A DNA stretch of 62,085 nt from an uncultured Clostridia bacterium (GTDB lineage Bacteria > Bacillota > Clostridia > Oscillospirales > Oscillospiraceae). The translations under genes were made by a program, and so were the position numbers. The notes below the pieces were generated by a model. It saw nothing but the letters and a program-made list of their open reading frames with translations, ran no database searches and was not told the DNA's origin. The stretch is from contig CAMHMK010000001.1 of assembly GCA_946186225.1 (NCBI GenBank), forward strand, positions 1 to 62,085, given 5' to 3'. Shown piece by piece: positions 18,327 through 27,339 of the stretch. How positions within the stretch are numbered: position 1 is the stretch's first letter; each line of letters begins with the position of its first letter.

Positions 18327-19316
18327 ATGCTGCACGTCTATGACAACGACCTGCCGGAGCTTCTGACCGCCCTCGCCGCCACGCCCCCATTGGCGCGGCT
18401 GCGGGACGTCGGAATGAACTGCGGCTGCGAATACACGGCCTTCCCCCGCTTTGCGCGGGGAAGGTCCTATTCGCGCTGGGTCCACTCCCTCGGCGTCGGA
18501 GCCATCGTCTGGCACTTCACCCACGACCCGGCCCAGGCCGCGGCCGGCCTGCTGCACGATGTGGCGACCCCGACCTTTGCCCACGTGATCGACTTCCTGC
18601 GCGGGGACTACCTGACCCAGGAGGCCACCGAGGAGGGGACCCGGGAGCGGATCGCAGCCAGCCCGGAGATCCAGGCGGTCCTGAGACAATACGGTCTGAC
18701 CACCGACGACGTGGCCGACTACCACCGCTACCCGATCGCCGACAACGACAGCCCCCGCCTGTCCGCCGACCGGCTGGAATACACCCTCGGCAACGCCTGG
18801 CGCTACGGCTTTCTGACCGAGGACGGGATCGAAGCCCTTTATCACGATCTGACCGTTGCGGAAAACGAGGACGGTATGGACGAGCTCTGTTTCCGCACCC
18901 TTGCGCACGCGGTCTGCTTTGCCGAAACCGCCCTGGCCTGTGCGAAGGTCTACGTCTCCGACGAGGACCGGTATGCGATGCAGGCCCTCTGCGAGCTGCT
19001 GCGGGACGCGATCAACCGGGGCGTCCTCACCCCCGCCGACCTCTGCGGCACCGAGCCGCCGCTGATCGAACAACTGGCGGCCTCTCCCCTGTCCGGGCGC
19101 TGGGCTGCCTTCTGCGCGATGGCCCACACGGCCCGCGCCCCGGCGTCCAGCGCACCGCCGGACGGACGCCCCTGGCGGGTCATTCCGGCCAAAAAGCGGC
19201 GCATCGACCCGCTGGTGGCCGGCCTGGGCCGCGTCAGCAGCCTCGACGCGGCCTTTGCCGCAGATTTCGCGGCCTTCCTCGCCGAGCCCCAGACGGATTG
19301 GGTGCTGGGCTGGTAA
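18327..19316 (+). CDS. HD-domain phosphohydrolase-like protein
   Basis: WVHSLGVGAIV....LLHDVATPTFAH (H...HD signature). The specific function is unknown. Confidence 0.75.
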   Translation: MLHVYDNDLPELLTALAATPPLARLRDVGMNCGCEYTAFPRFARGRSYSRWVHSLGVGAIVWHFTHDPAQAAAGLLHDVATPTFAHVIDFLRGDYLTQEATEEGTRERIAASPEIQAVLRQYGLTTDDVADYHRYPIADNDSPRLSADRLEYTLGNAWRYGFLTEDGIEALYHDLTVAENEDGMDELCFRTLAHAVCFAETALACAKVYVSDEDRYAMQALCELLRDAINRGVLTPADLCGTEPPLIEQLAASPLSGRWAAFCAMAHTARAPASSAPPDGRPWRVIPAKKRRIDPLVAGLGRVSSLDAAFAADFAAFLAEPQTDWVLGW

Positions 19317-19352
19317 GGCGCGTTTCCCATTCTACGAAACGGAGAACCTTCC

Positions 19353-19898
19353 ATGAAAACGCTGCTTCACATCTGCTGCGCCCCCTGCGCAAATATGTGC
19401 ATCGACACCCTGCGCCAGGAGGGGCAGGAGGTGACCGGGTTCTGGTACAACCCGAACATTCACCCCTTCACCGAATACCGGTCCCGCCGGAACTGCCTGC
19501 GGGATTACGCGGTCTCCATCGCCCTGCCGCTCGTGGAGCGCAACGACTACGGTCTGCGCCCCTTCGTGCGGGCGGTGGCGGACGACATTGCCAACCGCTG
19601 CGTGAAATGCTACGAGATGCGGCTGATGACGGCCGCCGAATACGCCGCGGCCAACGGCTACGACGCCTTCACCTCCTCCCTTTTCATCTCGCCCTATCAG
19701 AAGCACGAGCTGATGAAGGAGGTGGCAGAACAGGCCGCCGACACCTACCATGTCCGCTTCCTCTACCGGGATTTCCGCCCCTATTTCAAGCAGGGCCAGG
19801 AGCGGGCGCGGGAGCTGGGCTTCTACATGCAAAAATACTGCGGCTGCGTCTTCTCCGAGGAGGAGCGCTATCTCAAGGCCAGCAAGATCATCCCATAG
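19353..19898 (+). CDS. queH: Epoxyqueuosine reductase QueH (DUF208)
   Basis: LLHICCAPCA, CVKCYEMRL and YCGCVFSEEE cysteine motifs characteristic of QueH. Confidence 0.88.
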   Translation: MKTLLHICCAPCANMCIDTLRQEGQEVTGFWYNPNIHPFTEYRSRRNCLRDYAVSIALPLVERNDYGLRPFVRAVADDIANRCVKCYEMRLMTAAEYAAANGYDAFTSSLFISPYQKHELMKEVAEQAADTYHVRFLYRDFRPYFKQGQERARELGFYMQKYCGCVFSEEERYLKASKIIP

Positions 19899-19910
19899 GG
19901 AGGCGGTCTC

Positions 19911-20981
19911 ATGCCCTTCCATATTGAACGAAACGACATCACCCGGATGCGGGTGGACGCCATCGTGAACGCCGCGAACACGAGCCTGCTGGGCGGCGGA
20001 GGCGTGGACGGGGCCATCCACCGGGCCGCCGGACCAAAGCTCCTGCGCGCCTGCGAGAAGCTGGGCGGCTGCGAGGTTGGTCAGGCCAAGCTGACCAAGG
20101 GCTATGATCTGCCCGCAAAATACGTGATCCACACGGTCGGCCCGTTCTGGTGCGGCGGCGGCTGGAACGAGGAGGCTCTGCTCTCGGCCTGCTACCGCAA
20201 CAGTCTGGAGCTGGCGGTCCAAAAGCACTGCAAAAGCGTGGCCTTCCCGCTGATCTCCGCCGGGGCCTTCGGCTACCCCAGGGATCAGGCCCTCGCCGTC
20301 GCCGTGCGGGAGATCGGCCGCTTCCTGCTCGAGCGCGAGCTGGACGTGACCCTGGTGGTCTTCGACGCGGGCAGCTATCAGCTCTCCGAGGTCCTGTTTT
20401 CCCGGGTCGCCGCCTACATCGACCAGCACTACGTGGAATCTGCTCCCCGGCGGGACGGGGAGACCGCGATCCTGCAGCAGCAGATGGCGCTGGAATCCAT
20501 GCAGGCTGCCGAATATTCCCTCGCTGCCGAGCCGGCCCCGCCCGCGAAAAAGCCCCGAGTCTTCGGCTCCATGGCAGTTCCTGCCGCAGCCCCGGCCCCG
20601 GCGATGCGGCCCCAGAGTCTCGACGAACGGCTCAGGCGCCTGGACGAGAGCTTTTCTCAGATGCTCCTGCGCAAGATCGACGAGCGCGGCATGACCGACG
20701 CCGCCTGCTACAAAAAGGCCAACGTGGACCGCAAGCTCTTCTCCAAGATCCGCTCCGACCCCAACTACCGCCCGTCCAAGCAGACCGCGATCGCCTTTGC
20801 AATCGCCCTGGAGCTGCCGCTGGACGAGGCCAGGGACCTGCTGATGAAGGCAGGCTTCGCACTGTCCCATTCCAACCGCTTCGACGTGATCATCGAATAC
20901 TTCATCTCCAACGGAAACTACAACATCTTTGAGATCAACGAGACCCTGTTCGCCTTTGACCAGAGTCTGCTGGGAGCATAG
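19911..20981 (+). CDS. Macro domain (MacroD/YmdB-like ADP-ribose/O-acetyl-ADP-ribose hydrolase) fused to a C-terminal HTH-like domain
   Basis: N-terminal 170 aa: [27 protein letters not shown]...VIHTVGP...[14 protein letters not shown]. Then a Pro/Ala linker. C-terminal ~110 aa: [59 protein letters not shown]. Confidence 0.85.
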   Translation: MPFHIERNDITRMRVDAIVNAANTSLLGGGGVDGAIHRAAGPKLLRACEKLGGCEVGQAKLTKGYDLPAKYVIHTVGPFWCGGGWNEEALLSACYRNSLELAVQKHCKSVAFPLISAGAFGYPRDQALAVAVREIGRFLLERELDVTLVVFDAGSYQLSEVLFSRVAAYIDQHYVESAPRRDGETAILQQQMALESMQAAEYSLAAEPAPPAKKPRVFGSMAVPAAAPAPAMRPQSLDERLRRLDESFSQMLLRKIDERGMTDAACYKKANVDRKLFSKIRSDPNYRPSKQTAIAFAIALELPLDEARDLLMKAGFALSHSNRFDVIIEYFISNGNYNIFEINETLFAFDQSLLGA

Positions 20982-20982
20982 C

Positions 20983-21747
20983 ATGACGAAATATTTCAAT
21001 CTGAACGAGGGCGGGCACAGCATCAAGTGCAAGCTCTATGCCAACGACCCCCGGGCCATCCGGAATCTTGTAATCTACGGCCACGGCTTCGGCGGTCACA
21101 AGGACAACCACGCCGCCGAGCGCTTTGCCGAGAGTCTGCTCTCGAAGCACAAGGACGCCGCCCTTTTGACCTATAACCTGCCGGCCCACGGCGACGACGT
21201 GAAAAAGCGGCTGACGCTCGGCGACTGCGACGCCTATCTGACCCTGGTGCTGCAGCACGCCCAAGCGGAGCTTCATCCGGCTGCCATCTTCGGCTACGCC
21301 ACGAGCTTCGGCGGCTTTCTCTTTCTCAAATACCTGGCCGAGCACGGGAATCCCTTCCGCCGCCTGGCCCTGCGCTGCCCCGCCGTGGACATCTACGAGT
21401 CCCTGACCACGAAGATCCTGACGCCCAAGGACGCAGAAGCCCTGCGCAAGGGCCGGGACGCGGAGCTGGGCTTCGACCGGAAGGTCCGGGTGAACCAGGC
21501 CTTCTTCGACGAGCTGAAGGCCGTTGACCTGTTCGCCCTGGACTTTTTGGACGACGCAGACGACCTGCTGATCCTGCAGGGCACAGCCGATGAGATCGTG
21601 AGCTTCGACGCGGTTTCCCGATTCGCGGATCAGAACTGCATCGAGCTGATCCCCTTTGACAAGGCCGACCACCGCTTCCACGACCCGGCGAAGATGGGAA
21701 CGGCGATCGCGGAGATCCTGAAATTCTTAGCCCCGGCATTCCAATAA
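20983..21747 (+). CDS. Alpha/beta-fold hydrolase (serine esterase-like)
   Basis: Start MTKYFNL, 1 nt after the macro gene stop. Motifs: YGHGFGGHKDN, nucleophile elbow GYATSFGG, GTADEIV, KADHRF. Confidence 0.8.
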   Translation: MTKYFNLNEGGHSIKCKLYANDPRAIRNLVIYGHGFGGHKDNHAAERFAESLLSKHKDAALLTYNLPAHGDDVKKRLTLGDCDAYLTLVLQHAQAELHPAAIFGYATSFGGFLFLKYLAEHGNPFRRLALRCPAVDIYESLTTKILTPKDAEALRKGRDAELGFDRKVRVNQAFFDELKAVDLFALDFLDDADDLLILQGTADEIVSFDAVSRFADQNCIELIPFDKADHRFHDPAKMGTAIAEILKFLAPAFQ

Positions 21748-21843
21748 ATGTCGCCTGCCAGGCGACCAAAGACAGCCCTCCGTGTGATACATTGTCAGCG
21801 TAAGAAACAAACACCGACAATCAATCACATGGAGGGCTTACTT

Positions 21844-22512
21844 ATGAAAAACAAGATCGAAAACAACATCACCGAGCTGGTCTTCATCCTGGACCGCAGC
21901 GGGTCCATGGCGGGTCTCGAGGACGACACGATCGGCGGCTTCAACGCGATGATCGAGAAGCAGAAAAAGCAGACCGGGACCTGCTACGTCTCCACGGTCC
22001 TTTTTGCCAACGAGTCGCTGGTCATCCACGACCGGGCGACCCTGGACCGCATTGCGCCGATGACCGACCGGGACTATGTCGTGGGCGGCTGCACGGCCCT
22101 GCTCGACGCGATCGGCGACGCCATCCGCCACATCGGCAACATCCACAAGTATGCCAGAGCCGAGGACGTTCCCGCGCACACGATGTTCGTGATCACCACC
22201 GACGGCATGGAGAACGCCAGCCGCCGCTACGGGGCCGACGAGGTGCGAAAGCTGATCCGTCGGCAGGAGGAGGAATTCGGCTGGGAATTCCTCTTCGTCG
22301 GGGCCAACATCGACGCCGTGCAGACCGCAAAGCACTTCGGGATCCGGGCGGACCGGGCCGTCAACTACAACGCCGACCGCCGGGGCACACAGGTGGTCTA
22401 TGAGACCCTGGGCGAAACCGTCCGCTGCTTCCGGGCAGAGGCCGCCATGCCCGAGAACTGGTCTGCAAACATCGACGCCGACTATCGAAAGCGCGGTAAG
22501 AACAAGAAATAA
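21844..22512 (+). CDS. Small cytoplasmic von Willebrand factor A (vWA) domain protein
   Basis: Start MKNKIENN, 7 nt after GGAGGG. MIDAS motif VFILDRSGSM, with ...GGCTALLDAIG... and VITTDGMEN. Confidence 0.85.
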   Translation: MKNKIENNITELVFILDRSGSMAGLEDDTIGGFNAMIEKQKKQTGTCYVSTVLFANESLVIHDRATLDRIAPMTDRDYVVGGCTALLDAIGDAIRHIGNIHKYARAEDVPAHTMFVITTDGMENASRRYGADEVRKLIRRQEEEFGWEFLFVGANIDAVQTAKHFGIRADRAVNYNADRRGTQVVYETLGETVRCFRAEAAMPENWSANIDADYRKRGKNKK

Positions 22513-22520
22513 GGCAGTCC

Positions 22521-23573
22521 CTATTCCTCGGTCAGCAGGGTTTTGACCAGGCGCTCGGTCTCCTTGGTCACGCCCTCGAAGTCCACGAGCGGACGGCAGA
22601 GGGATTCCAGGGCATCGTGGTGGCTCTTGGCCCGGGCCAGCCAGCGGACTGCCTCCGCCACGAGCTCGGCGCGGATGGCCTGCAGGGCTTCCAGACGCTC
22701 CAGCTCGGCCGGGGACAGGATCGCCTCTGCCGCCGCGTCCAGGTTGAGCTGGAGCAGGGCCGACCGGCCGAGAGAAAACAGCGGATCGGTCCGCAGGAAG
22801 GCCGTCCCCAGGTTGGGGATCAGCAGGCCGGCCGGGCTGTCGGGGTCCATGGGGTCCATGGCCTGGATCAGATCGAAGCCGGCGGCCTGATACCGGCGGG
22901 TCAGGCGGCGCAGGAGCCCTGCCCCGAGGTGCCAGCTGTCACGGACCGCCCAGACCGACGCCGCCTCCGGCTCGAAGCTGACCGGCCCCTTGGGCGTCAG
23001 GCCGGTCAGATAGCAGCGCAGGACCCTTCCGGTCCCCGTGCCCCGCGGCAGCGGCTCGCGCCGCAGACGCTCCAGCGCCTCCCGCTCCGCGGCCTCCGCC
23101 GCCGGCGCAGCAATCAGACGCATGGCCCGCTCCGCCCCCGCAGCCCCCGACAGGCAGGCGTAAGCAGGGCCGTAGCAGGCCTTATAGGCGGCCTGCTCCG
23201 CCCGGAGGGTCCGGGCCATGCCCAGGGCCGCGGCGTCGTGGTAATAGACGCCTAAGTTCAGATAATTCGCCCCGCAGGCGCAGAGCTCCGGCTCGAGCAC
23301 ATGCGGGGCCGTTCCGTCTGCGACGGCAAGGCCGGTCTCCGGCACGACCAGGCCGTCCAGGGAGTCGGGGTCCGAGGAGCAGAAGATGCGCCGGACCTTC
23401 AGGCCCATGCGCTCGGCTTCCCGGGCCAGGGTCTTCATGAGCGTGGATTTTCCGCAGCCGGGTCCTCCCTTGAGGATGACGAGACGGCGGATCACCGGAT
23501 CGGCTTGCAGGGAGTCGGCCTCGGAGCGAAAGCCCTGCGGCGTATTTGCACCGAAAAAGCAGGATGTAAGCAA
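22521..23573 (-). CDS. Uncharacterised P-loop NTPase (TTG start)
   Basis: TTG 23573, 7 nt after GGAGG. Walker A ILKGGPGCGKSTLMK, then CSSDPDSLDGLVV...DGTAPH. The C-terminal 200 aa have no motif I recognise. Confidence 0.75.
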   Translation of the reverse strand: MLTSCFFGANTPQGFRSEADSLQADPVIRRLVILKGGPGCGKSTLMKTLAREAERMGLKVRRIFCSSDPDSLDGLVVPETGLAVADGTAPHVLEPELCACGANYLNLGVYYHDAAALGMARTLRAEQAAYKACYGPAYACLSGAAGAERAMRLIAAPAAEAAEREALERLRREPLPRGTGTGRVLRCYLTGLTPKGPVSFEPEAASVWAVRDSWHLGAGLLRRLTRRYQAAGFDLIQAMDPMDPDSPAGLLIPNLGTAFLRTDPLFSLGRSALLQLNLDAAAEAILSPAELERLEALQAIRAELVAEAVRWLARAKSHHDALESLCRPLVDFEGVTKETERLVKTLLTEE

Positions 23574-23667
23574 GCAAAAGCCTCCTTCACACAGGCAGAA
23601 TTGGGGTTCCCTATCAGCTTATGCGAAAAAACCGCCCGCGTTCCGCGGATTCCGGGTGATTTTGGGA

Positions 23668-23696
23668 TTGCCATTTGCGGACGGATATGGTATAAT
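23668..23696 (+). promoter_or_regulatory. Sigma-70-type promoter of trpS (with TGn extended -10)
   Basis: TTGCCA, a 17-nt spacer ending in TGG, then TATAAT. This leaves a ~35-nt leader. Confidence 0.7.
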
Positions 23697-23734
23697 TTTT
23701 AAAATCAATAATTATTCCCTTCGAGGTGATTGAT

Positions 23735-24733
23735 ATGGAAGCGAAAAAAGTCATGCTCTCCGGCATCAAGCCCAGCGGCGATCTGACGCTCGGCAGCTAT
23801 CTCGGCGCGATCCGGCATTGGAGCGCCCGCGCAGAGGAATTTGACTGCTACTATTTCATGGCGGATCTGCATGCGATCACTGTGCGGCAGAAGCCCGCAG
23901 ACCTGCGCCGCCGCACGATGGAGCAGCTGGCGCAGTACATCGCCTGCGGCCTGGACCCGGAGAAGAACACCCTCTTCATTCAGAGCCACGTCCACCAGCA
24001 CGCAGAGCTCGGCTGGGTGCTCAACTGCTACGCCATGTTCGGCGAGCTCTCCCGCATGACCCAGTTCAAGGACAAGAGCGCCAAGAACGCCGACAACATC
24101 AACGGCGGACTGTTCACCTACCCCGCCCTGATGGCCGCGGACATCCTGCTCTATCAGCCCGACTACGTGCCCGTGGGCGAGGACCAGAAGCAGCACGTGG
24201 AGCTGACCCGCGACATCGCCAACCGCTTCAACCACGTCTACGGCGACACCTTCAAGATCCCCGAGCCTTACATCCCCAAGGTCGGTGCGCGCATCATGAG
24301 CCTTGCAAATCCCGAGGCCAAGATGTCCAAGTCCGAGGACGACGATCCCGGCCGCGTGACCCTGATGGACAGCCCGGATACGATCATGCGCCTGTTCAAG
24401 CGGGCCGTGACCGACTGCGACGCCTGCGTCCGCTACGACCCGGAGAACAAGAAGGGCGTTTCCAATCTGATGACCATCTACTCCGCCGCCACCGGCAAGA
24501 CCTTCCCGGAGATCGAGAAGGAATTTGACGGAAAGGGCTACGGCGACTTCAAGGCCGCCGTGGGCGAGACCGTGGTCGATCTGCTGCGCCCCATCCGCGA
24601 GGAGACCACCCGCCTGCTGGCGGACAAGGCCTACCTGGAAGCCGTCTGCAAAAACGGCGCGGAAAAGGCGGGCTATATTGCCAATAAGACCCTGCGCAAG
24701 GTCTATAAAAAGGTAGGCTTTGTGGCCAGATAA
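23735..24733 (+). CDS. trpS: Tryptophanyl-tRNA synthetase
   Basis: ATG 23735 after GAGGTG. MLSGIKPSGDLTLGSYLGAI (HIGH-region equivalent) and KMSKS (AKMSKSEDD). Confidence 0.96.
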   Translation: MEAKKVMLSGIKPSGDLTLGSYLGAIRHWSARAEEFDCYYFMADLHAITVRQKPADLRRRTMEQLAQYIACGLDPEKNTLFIQSHVHQHAELGWVLNCYAMFGELSRMTQFKDKSAKNADNINGGLFTYPALMAADILLYQPDYVPVGEDQKQHVELTRDIANRFNHVYGDTFKIPEPYIPKVGARIMSLANPEAKMSKSEDDDPGRVTLMDSPDTIMRLFKRAVTDCDACVRYDPENKKGVSNLMTIYSAATGKTFPEIEKEFDGKGYGDFKAAVGETVVDLLRPIREETTRLLADKAYLEAVCKNGAEKAGYIANKTLRKVYKKVGFVAR

Positions 24734-24742
24734 GAGGTTGCT

Positions 24743-25879
24743 ATGAACCTGGATATCCATTTTTTGATTCGCGTGGGACTCACGCTGCTGTGCGCCGCAG
24801 TGATCTCCTTTGCGACCACGCCCCTGGTCAAGATGCTGGCTCAGAAGATGGGCGTCATGGACGTTCCGAAGGACGATCGCAGAATGCACACGGTCCCCAT
24901 CCCCCGGATGGGCGGCCTGGCGATCTTCCTGGCCTTCTTCCTGTCGGTGCTGGCCTTTGCCAAGGAGGTGGACCGCTCCCTCTCGGCGATCCTTCTGGGC
25001 GCGGTGGTCATCGTGATTTTGGGCGTATTCGACGACAAGCTTGCCCTGCGGGCCAAGCTCAAGCTGATCGTGCAGATCGTTGCCGCCTGCATTGTGGTCT
25101 TCTATGGCAACTGCCGGATCCAGCGCTTTACGAACCCCTTCGGCTCCAGTCTCTACGCCTACTGGGACCTGGGCTGGTTGTCCTATCCGATCACCATCAT
25201 CTGGATCGTCGCTCTGACCAACGCCGTCAACTTCATCGACGGTCTGGACGGTCTGGCCTGCGGCGTCTCCTGCATCTCCGCCGTGAGCATGCTGGTGATC
25301 GCCCTGGTCGTGAGCGACACCAGGGTCGCCATTGTGATGGCCGCCCTGGCCGGCGCCTGCCTGGGCTTCGTGCCCTACAACTTCAACCCCGCCAAGATCT
25401 TCATGGGCGACACCGGATCCACGTTCCTGGGCTTCATCCTGGCCACGATGTCGATCCAGGGCCTGTTCAAGGCCTATGCGGCGATCTCCTTTGCCGTGCC
25501 CTTCCTGATCCTGGGCCTGCCGATTTTTGACATCTGCTTCGCCGTGATCCGCCGCGTTGCCCACCACAAGAGCCCGATGGAGGCAGACCGCGGCCACATC
25601 CACCACCGCCTGATCGACATGGGCTTCAGCCAGAAGCAGACCGTGGCGATCGCCTATGTGCTGGCCGGCATTCTGGGTCTGGCCGCCGTTTTGCTGACGG
25701 TCTCCGGCGCGATGCGCGCCATGCTGATGCTCGGCGCCGTGCTGGTGGTCGGCGCGGTGGGCCTGGAGCTGATCATGACCGCCAAGGCCCCGCACAAGAA
25801 ACGCCAGGAGGACGGCGCTGTGACCCCGGAGGCGCCGGCCCCAGCCGAGAAGCAGGAGGAGCCCCATGGAACCGATTAA
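24743..25879 (+). CDS. tagO: Undecaprenyl-phosphate GlcNAc-1-phosphate transferase (TagO/WecA, MraY-like GT4 family)
   Basis: Polytopic membrane protein. Motifs: VFDDK, NAVNFIDGLDGLA, FMGDTGSTFLGF, HIHHRL. Confidence 0.88.
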   Translation: MNLDIHFLIRVGLTLLCAAVISFATTPLVKMLAQKMGVMDVPKDDRRMHTVPIPRMGGLAIFLAFFLSVLAFAKEVDRSLSAILLGAVVIVILGVFDDKLALRAKLKLIVQIVAACIVVFYGNCRIQRFTNPFGSSLYAYWDLGWLSYPITIIWIVALTNAVNFIDGLDGLACGVSCISAVSMLVIALVVSDTRVAIVMAALAGACLGFVPYNFNPAKIFMGDTGSTFLGFILATMSIQGLFKAYAAISFAVPFLILGLPIFDICFAVIRRVAHHKSPMEADRGHIHHRLIDMGFSQKQTVAIAYVLAGILGLAAVLLTVSGAMRAMLMLGAVLVVGAVGLELIMTAKAPHKKRQEDGAVTPEAPAPAEKQEEPHGTD

Positions 25880-27020
25880 AGTCATGTCCGTCTTCGGGAC
25901 CCGGCCCGAGGCCATCAAGATGGCCCCGCTGGTCATGCACCTGCAGAGCCGCCCGGAGTTCCGGTCCATCTGCTGTCTGACGGGCCAGCACCGTGAGATG
26001 CTGGACTCTGTCATGAAAATCTTCCGCCTGGAGGCGGACTACGACCTGCACATCATGCAGGCCCGGCAGACCCTCTCCTCGATCACCTCCCGCACCCTGC
26101 TGGGCATGGAGACCGTGCTGGAGGAGGCGAAGCCCGACCTGATCCTGGTCCACGGCGACACCTCCACGACCTTTGCCGGGGCCCTGGCCGCCTTCTATCA
26201 CAAGATCCCCGTGGGCCACGTGGAGGCCGGTCTGCGCACCTGGGACAAGTACTCCCCCTATCCGGAGGAGATGAACCGGACCCTCGTGGGCGACATCGCC
26301 GAGCTCCACTTCTGCCCGACGGCCAATAACCGCGATAATCTGGTCCGCGAGGGCCTGCGCGGCGAGATGTTCCTGACCGGCAACACAGTCATTGACGCGA
26401 TGCAGACCACGGTTCGCCCGGACTACGTCTTCCAGACAAAGGAACTCAACGGCATGGACTTCCAGAGCCGCCGCGTGATCACCCTGACCTGCCACCGCCG
26501 CGAGAATTACGGCAAGCCGATGGAGGATATCATGCAGGCCGTCAAGACTCTGGTGGAGCGGCATGAGGACGTGGAAGTCGTCTACCCCGTCCATCTGAGT
26601 CCGGTGGTGCGCGAGTGCGCCTTCGGCATCCTCAGCGGTCTTCCCCGCGTCCATCTGATCGACCCGATCGACGTGGAGGAGATGCACAATCTGATGGCCC
26701 GCAGCTATCTGGTGATGACCGATTCCGGCGGTCTGCAGGAGGAGGCTCCTGCGCTGGGCAAGCCGGTTCTGGTCCTCCGCCGCGAGACGGAACGGCCCGA
26801 GGCCGTCCGCGCCGGGACCGTCCGGCTCGCCGGGGTCGAGCAGGAAGCGATCCTTCGCCATGCGGAGGAGCTTCTGACGGACCGTGAGGCCTATCAGCAG
26901 ATGGCCCGCGCCGTGAACCCCTACGGGGACGGCCACGCAAGCGAGCGGATCGCGGACGCGATCGCCTGGCATTTCGGCCTGCGCCCGGAGCGCCCCGCAG
27001 ACTTCACGGCGAGCGAATAA
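25866..27020 (+). CDS. mnaA: UDP-N-acetylglucosamine 2-epimerase (non-hydrolysing)
   Basis: VMSVFGTRPEAIKMAPLV, HGDTSTTFAGALAAF, HVEAGLRT and TDSGGLQEEAPALGKPVLVLR. Confidence 0.95.
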   Translation: MEPIKVMSVFGTRPEAIKMAPLVMHLQSRPEFRSICCLTGQHREMLDSVMKIFRLEADYDLHIMQARQTLSSITSRTLLGMETVLEEAKPDLILVHGDTSTTFAGALAAFYHKIPVGHVEAGLRTWDKYSPYPEEMNRTLVGDIAELHFCPTANNRDNLVREGLRGEMFLTGNTVIDAMQTTVRPDYVFQTKELNGMDFQSRRVITLTCHRRENYGKPMEDIMQAVKTLVERHEDVEVVYPVHLSPVVRECAFGILSGLPRVHLIDPIDVEEMHNLMARSYLVMTDSGGLQEEAPALGKPVLVLRRETERPEAVRAGTVRLAGVEQEAILRHAEELLTDREAYQQMARAVNPYGDGHASERIADAIAWHFGLRPERPADFTASE

Positions 27021-27050
27021 ACACCATATTTCCAGCCGGTATTCCGGCAC

Positions 27051-27090
27051 GGGGGACGATCCTCGCGAAAAGGATTGTCCCCCCTTTTTT
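27051..27090 (+). terminator. Rho-independent terminator of trpS-tagO-mnaA
   Basis: GGGGGACGATCCT-CGCGAAA-AGGATTGTCCCCC followed by CTTTTTT. Confidence 0.85.
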
Positions 27091-27130
27091 CTTCTGCCCT
27101 CGAGCGCAGCGATTGGCCGCGCCCGTCAAA

Positions 27131-27177
27131 CAAAGACGCCAGCTTCCCCCGAACGAAGGGGGCGGCCGGCGTCTTTG
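27131..27177. other. Orphan 47-nt GC-rich extended hairpin
   Basis: The outer 10-bp stem is CAAAGACGCC / GGCGTCTTTG and the inner stem is CCCCC / GGGGG. No adjacent gene ends here, and there is a T-run only on the minus strand. Confidence 0.6.
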
Positions 27178-27339
27178 CTTGTAAGCAGAATCATTGTGTA
27201 TATTTTGTGAATTTGGATTTCTTTGTCGCTTTTTTGTAGATTGATTACTATTATATAATAGAAGGGCAAAACAGGCAGGATGCATGCGCCATGTCTGCGA
27301 AAAGCCCAAAACCACGATTCAGAAAAGAGGCATTTCCAG

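Noticed and set aside
16083-19127. 1014-aa ORF on the minus strand spanning sufBD 3' end, pepF and the HD gene
   Set aside because: It is exactly antisense to three well-supported genes and crosses their intergenic spacers. Its composition (Gly/Val/Ala/Asp/Leu/His/Gln/Arg-rich, no recognisable motifs) is typical of stop-poor shadow frames in GC-rich DNA, and it has no RBS.
19911-20981. Macro-domain protein considered as a DarG-type antitoxin or a Thoeris ThsA-like defence component
   Set aside because: There is no DarT-like ADP-ribosyltransferase, and no TIR or SIR2 partner gene adjacent. The neighbours are a hydrolase and queH. It is retained only as an uncharacterised regulator candidate.
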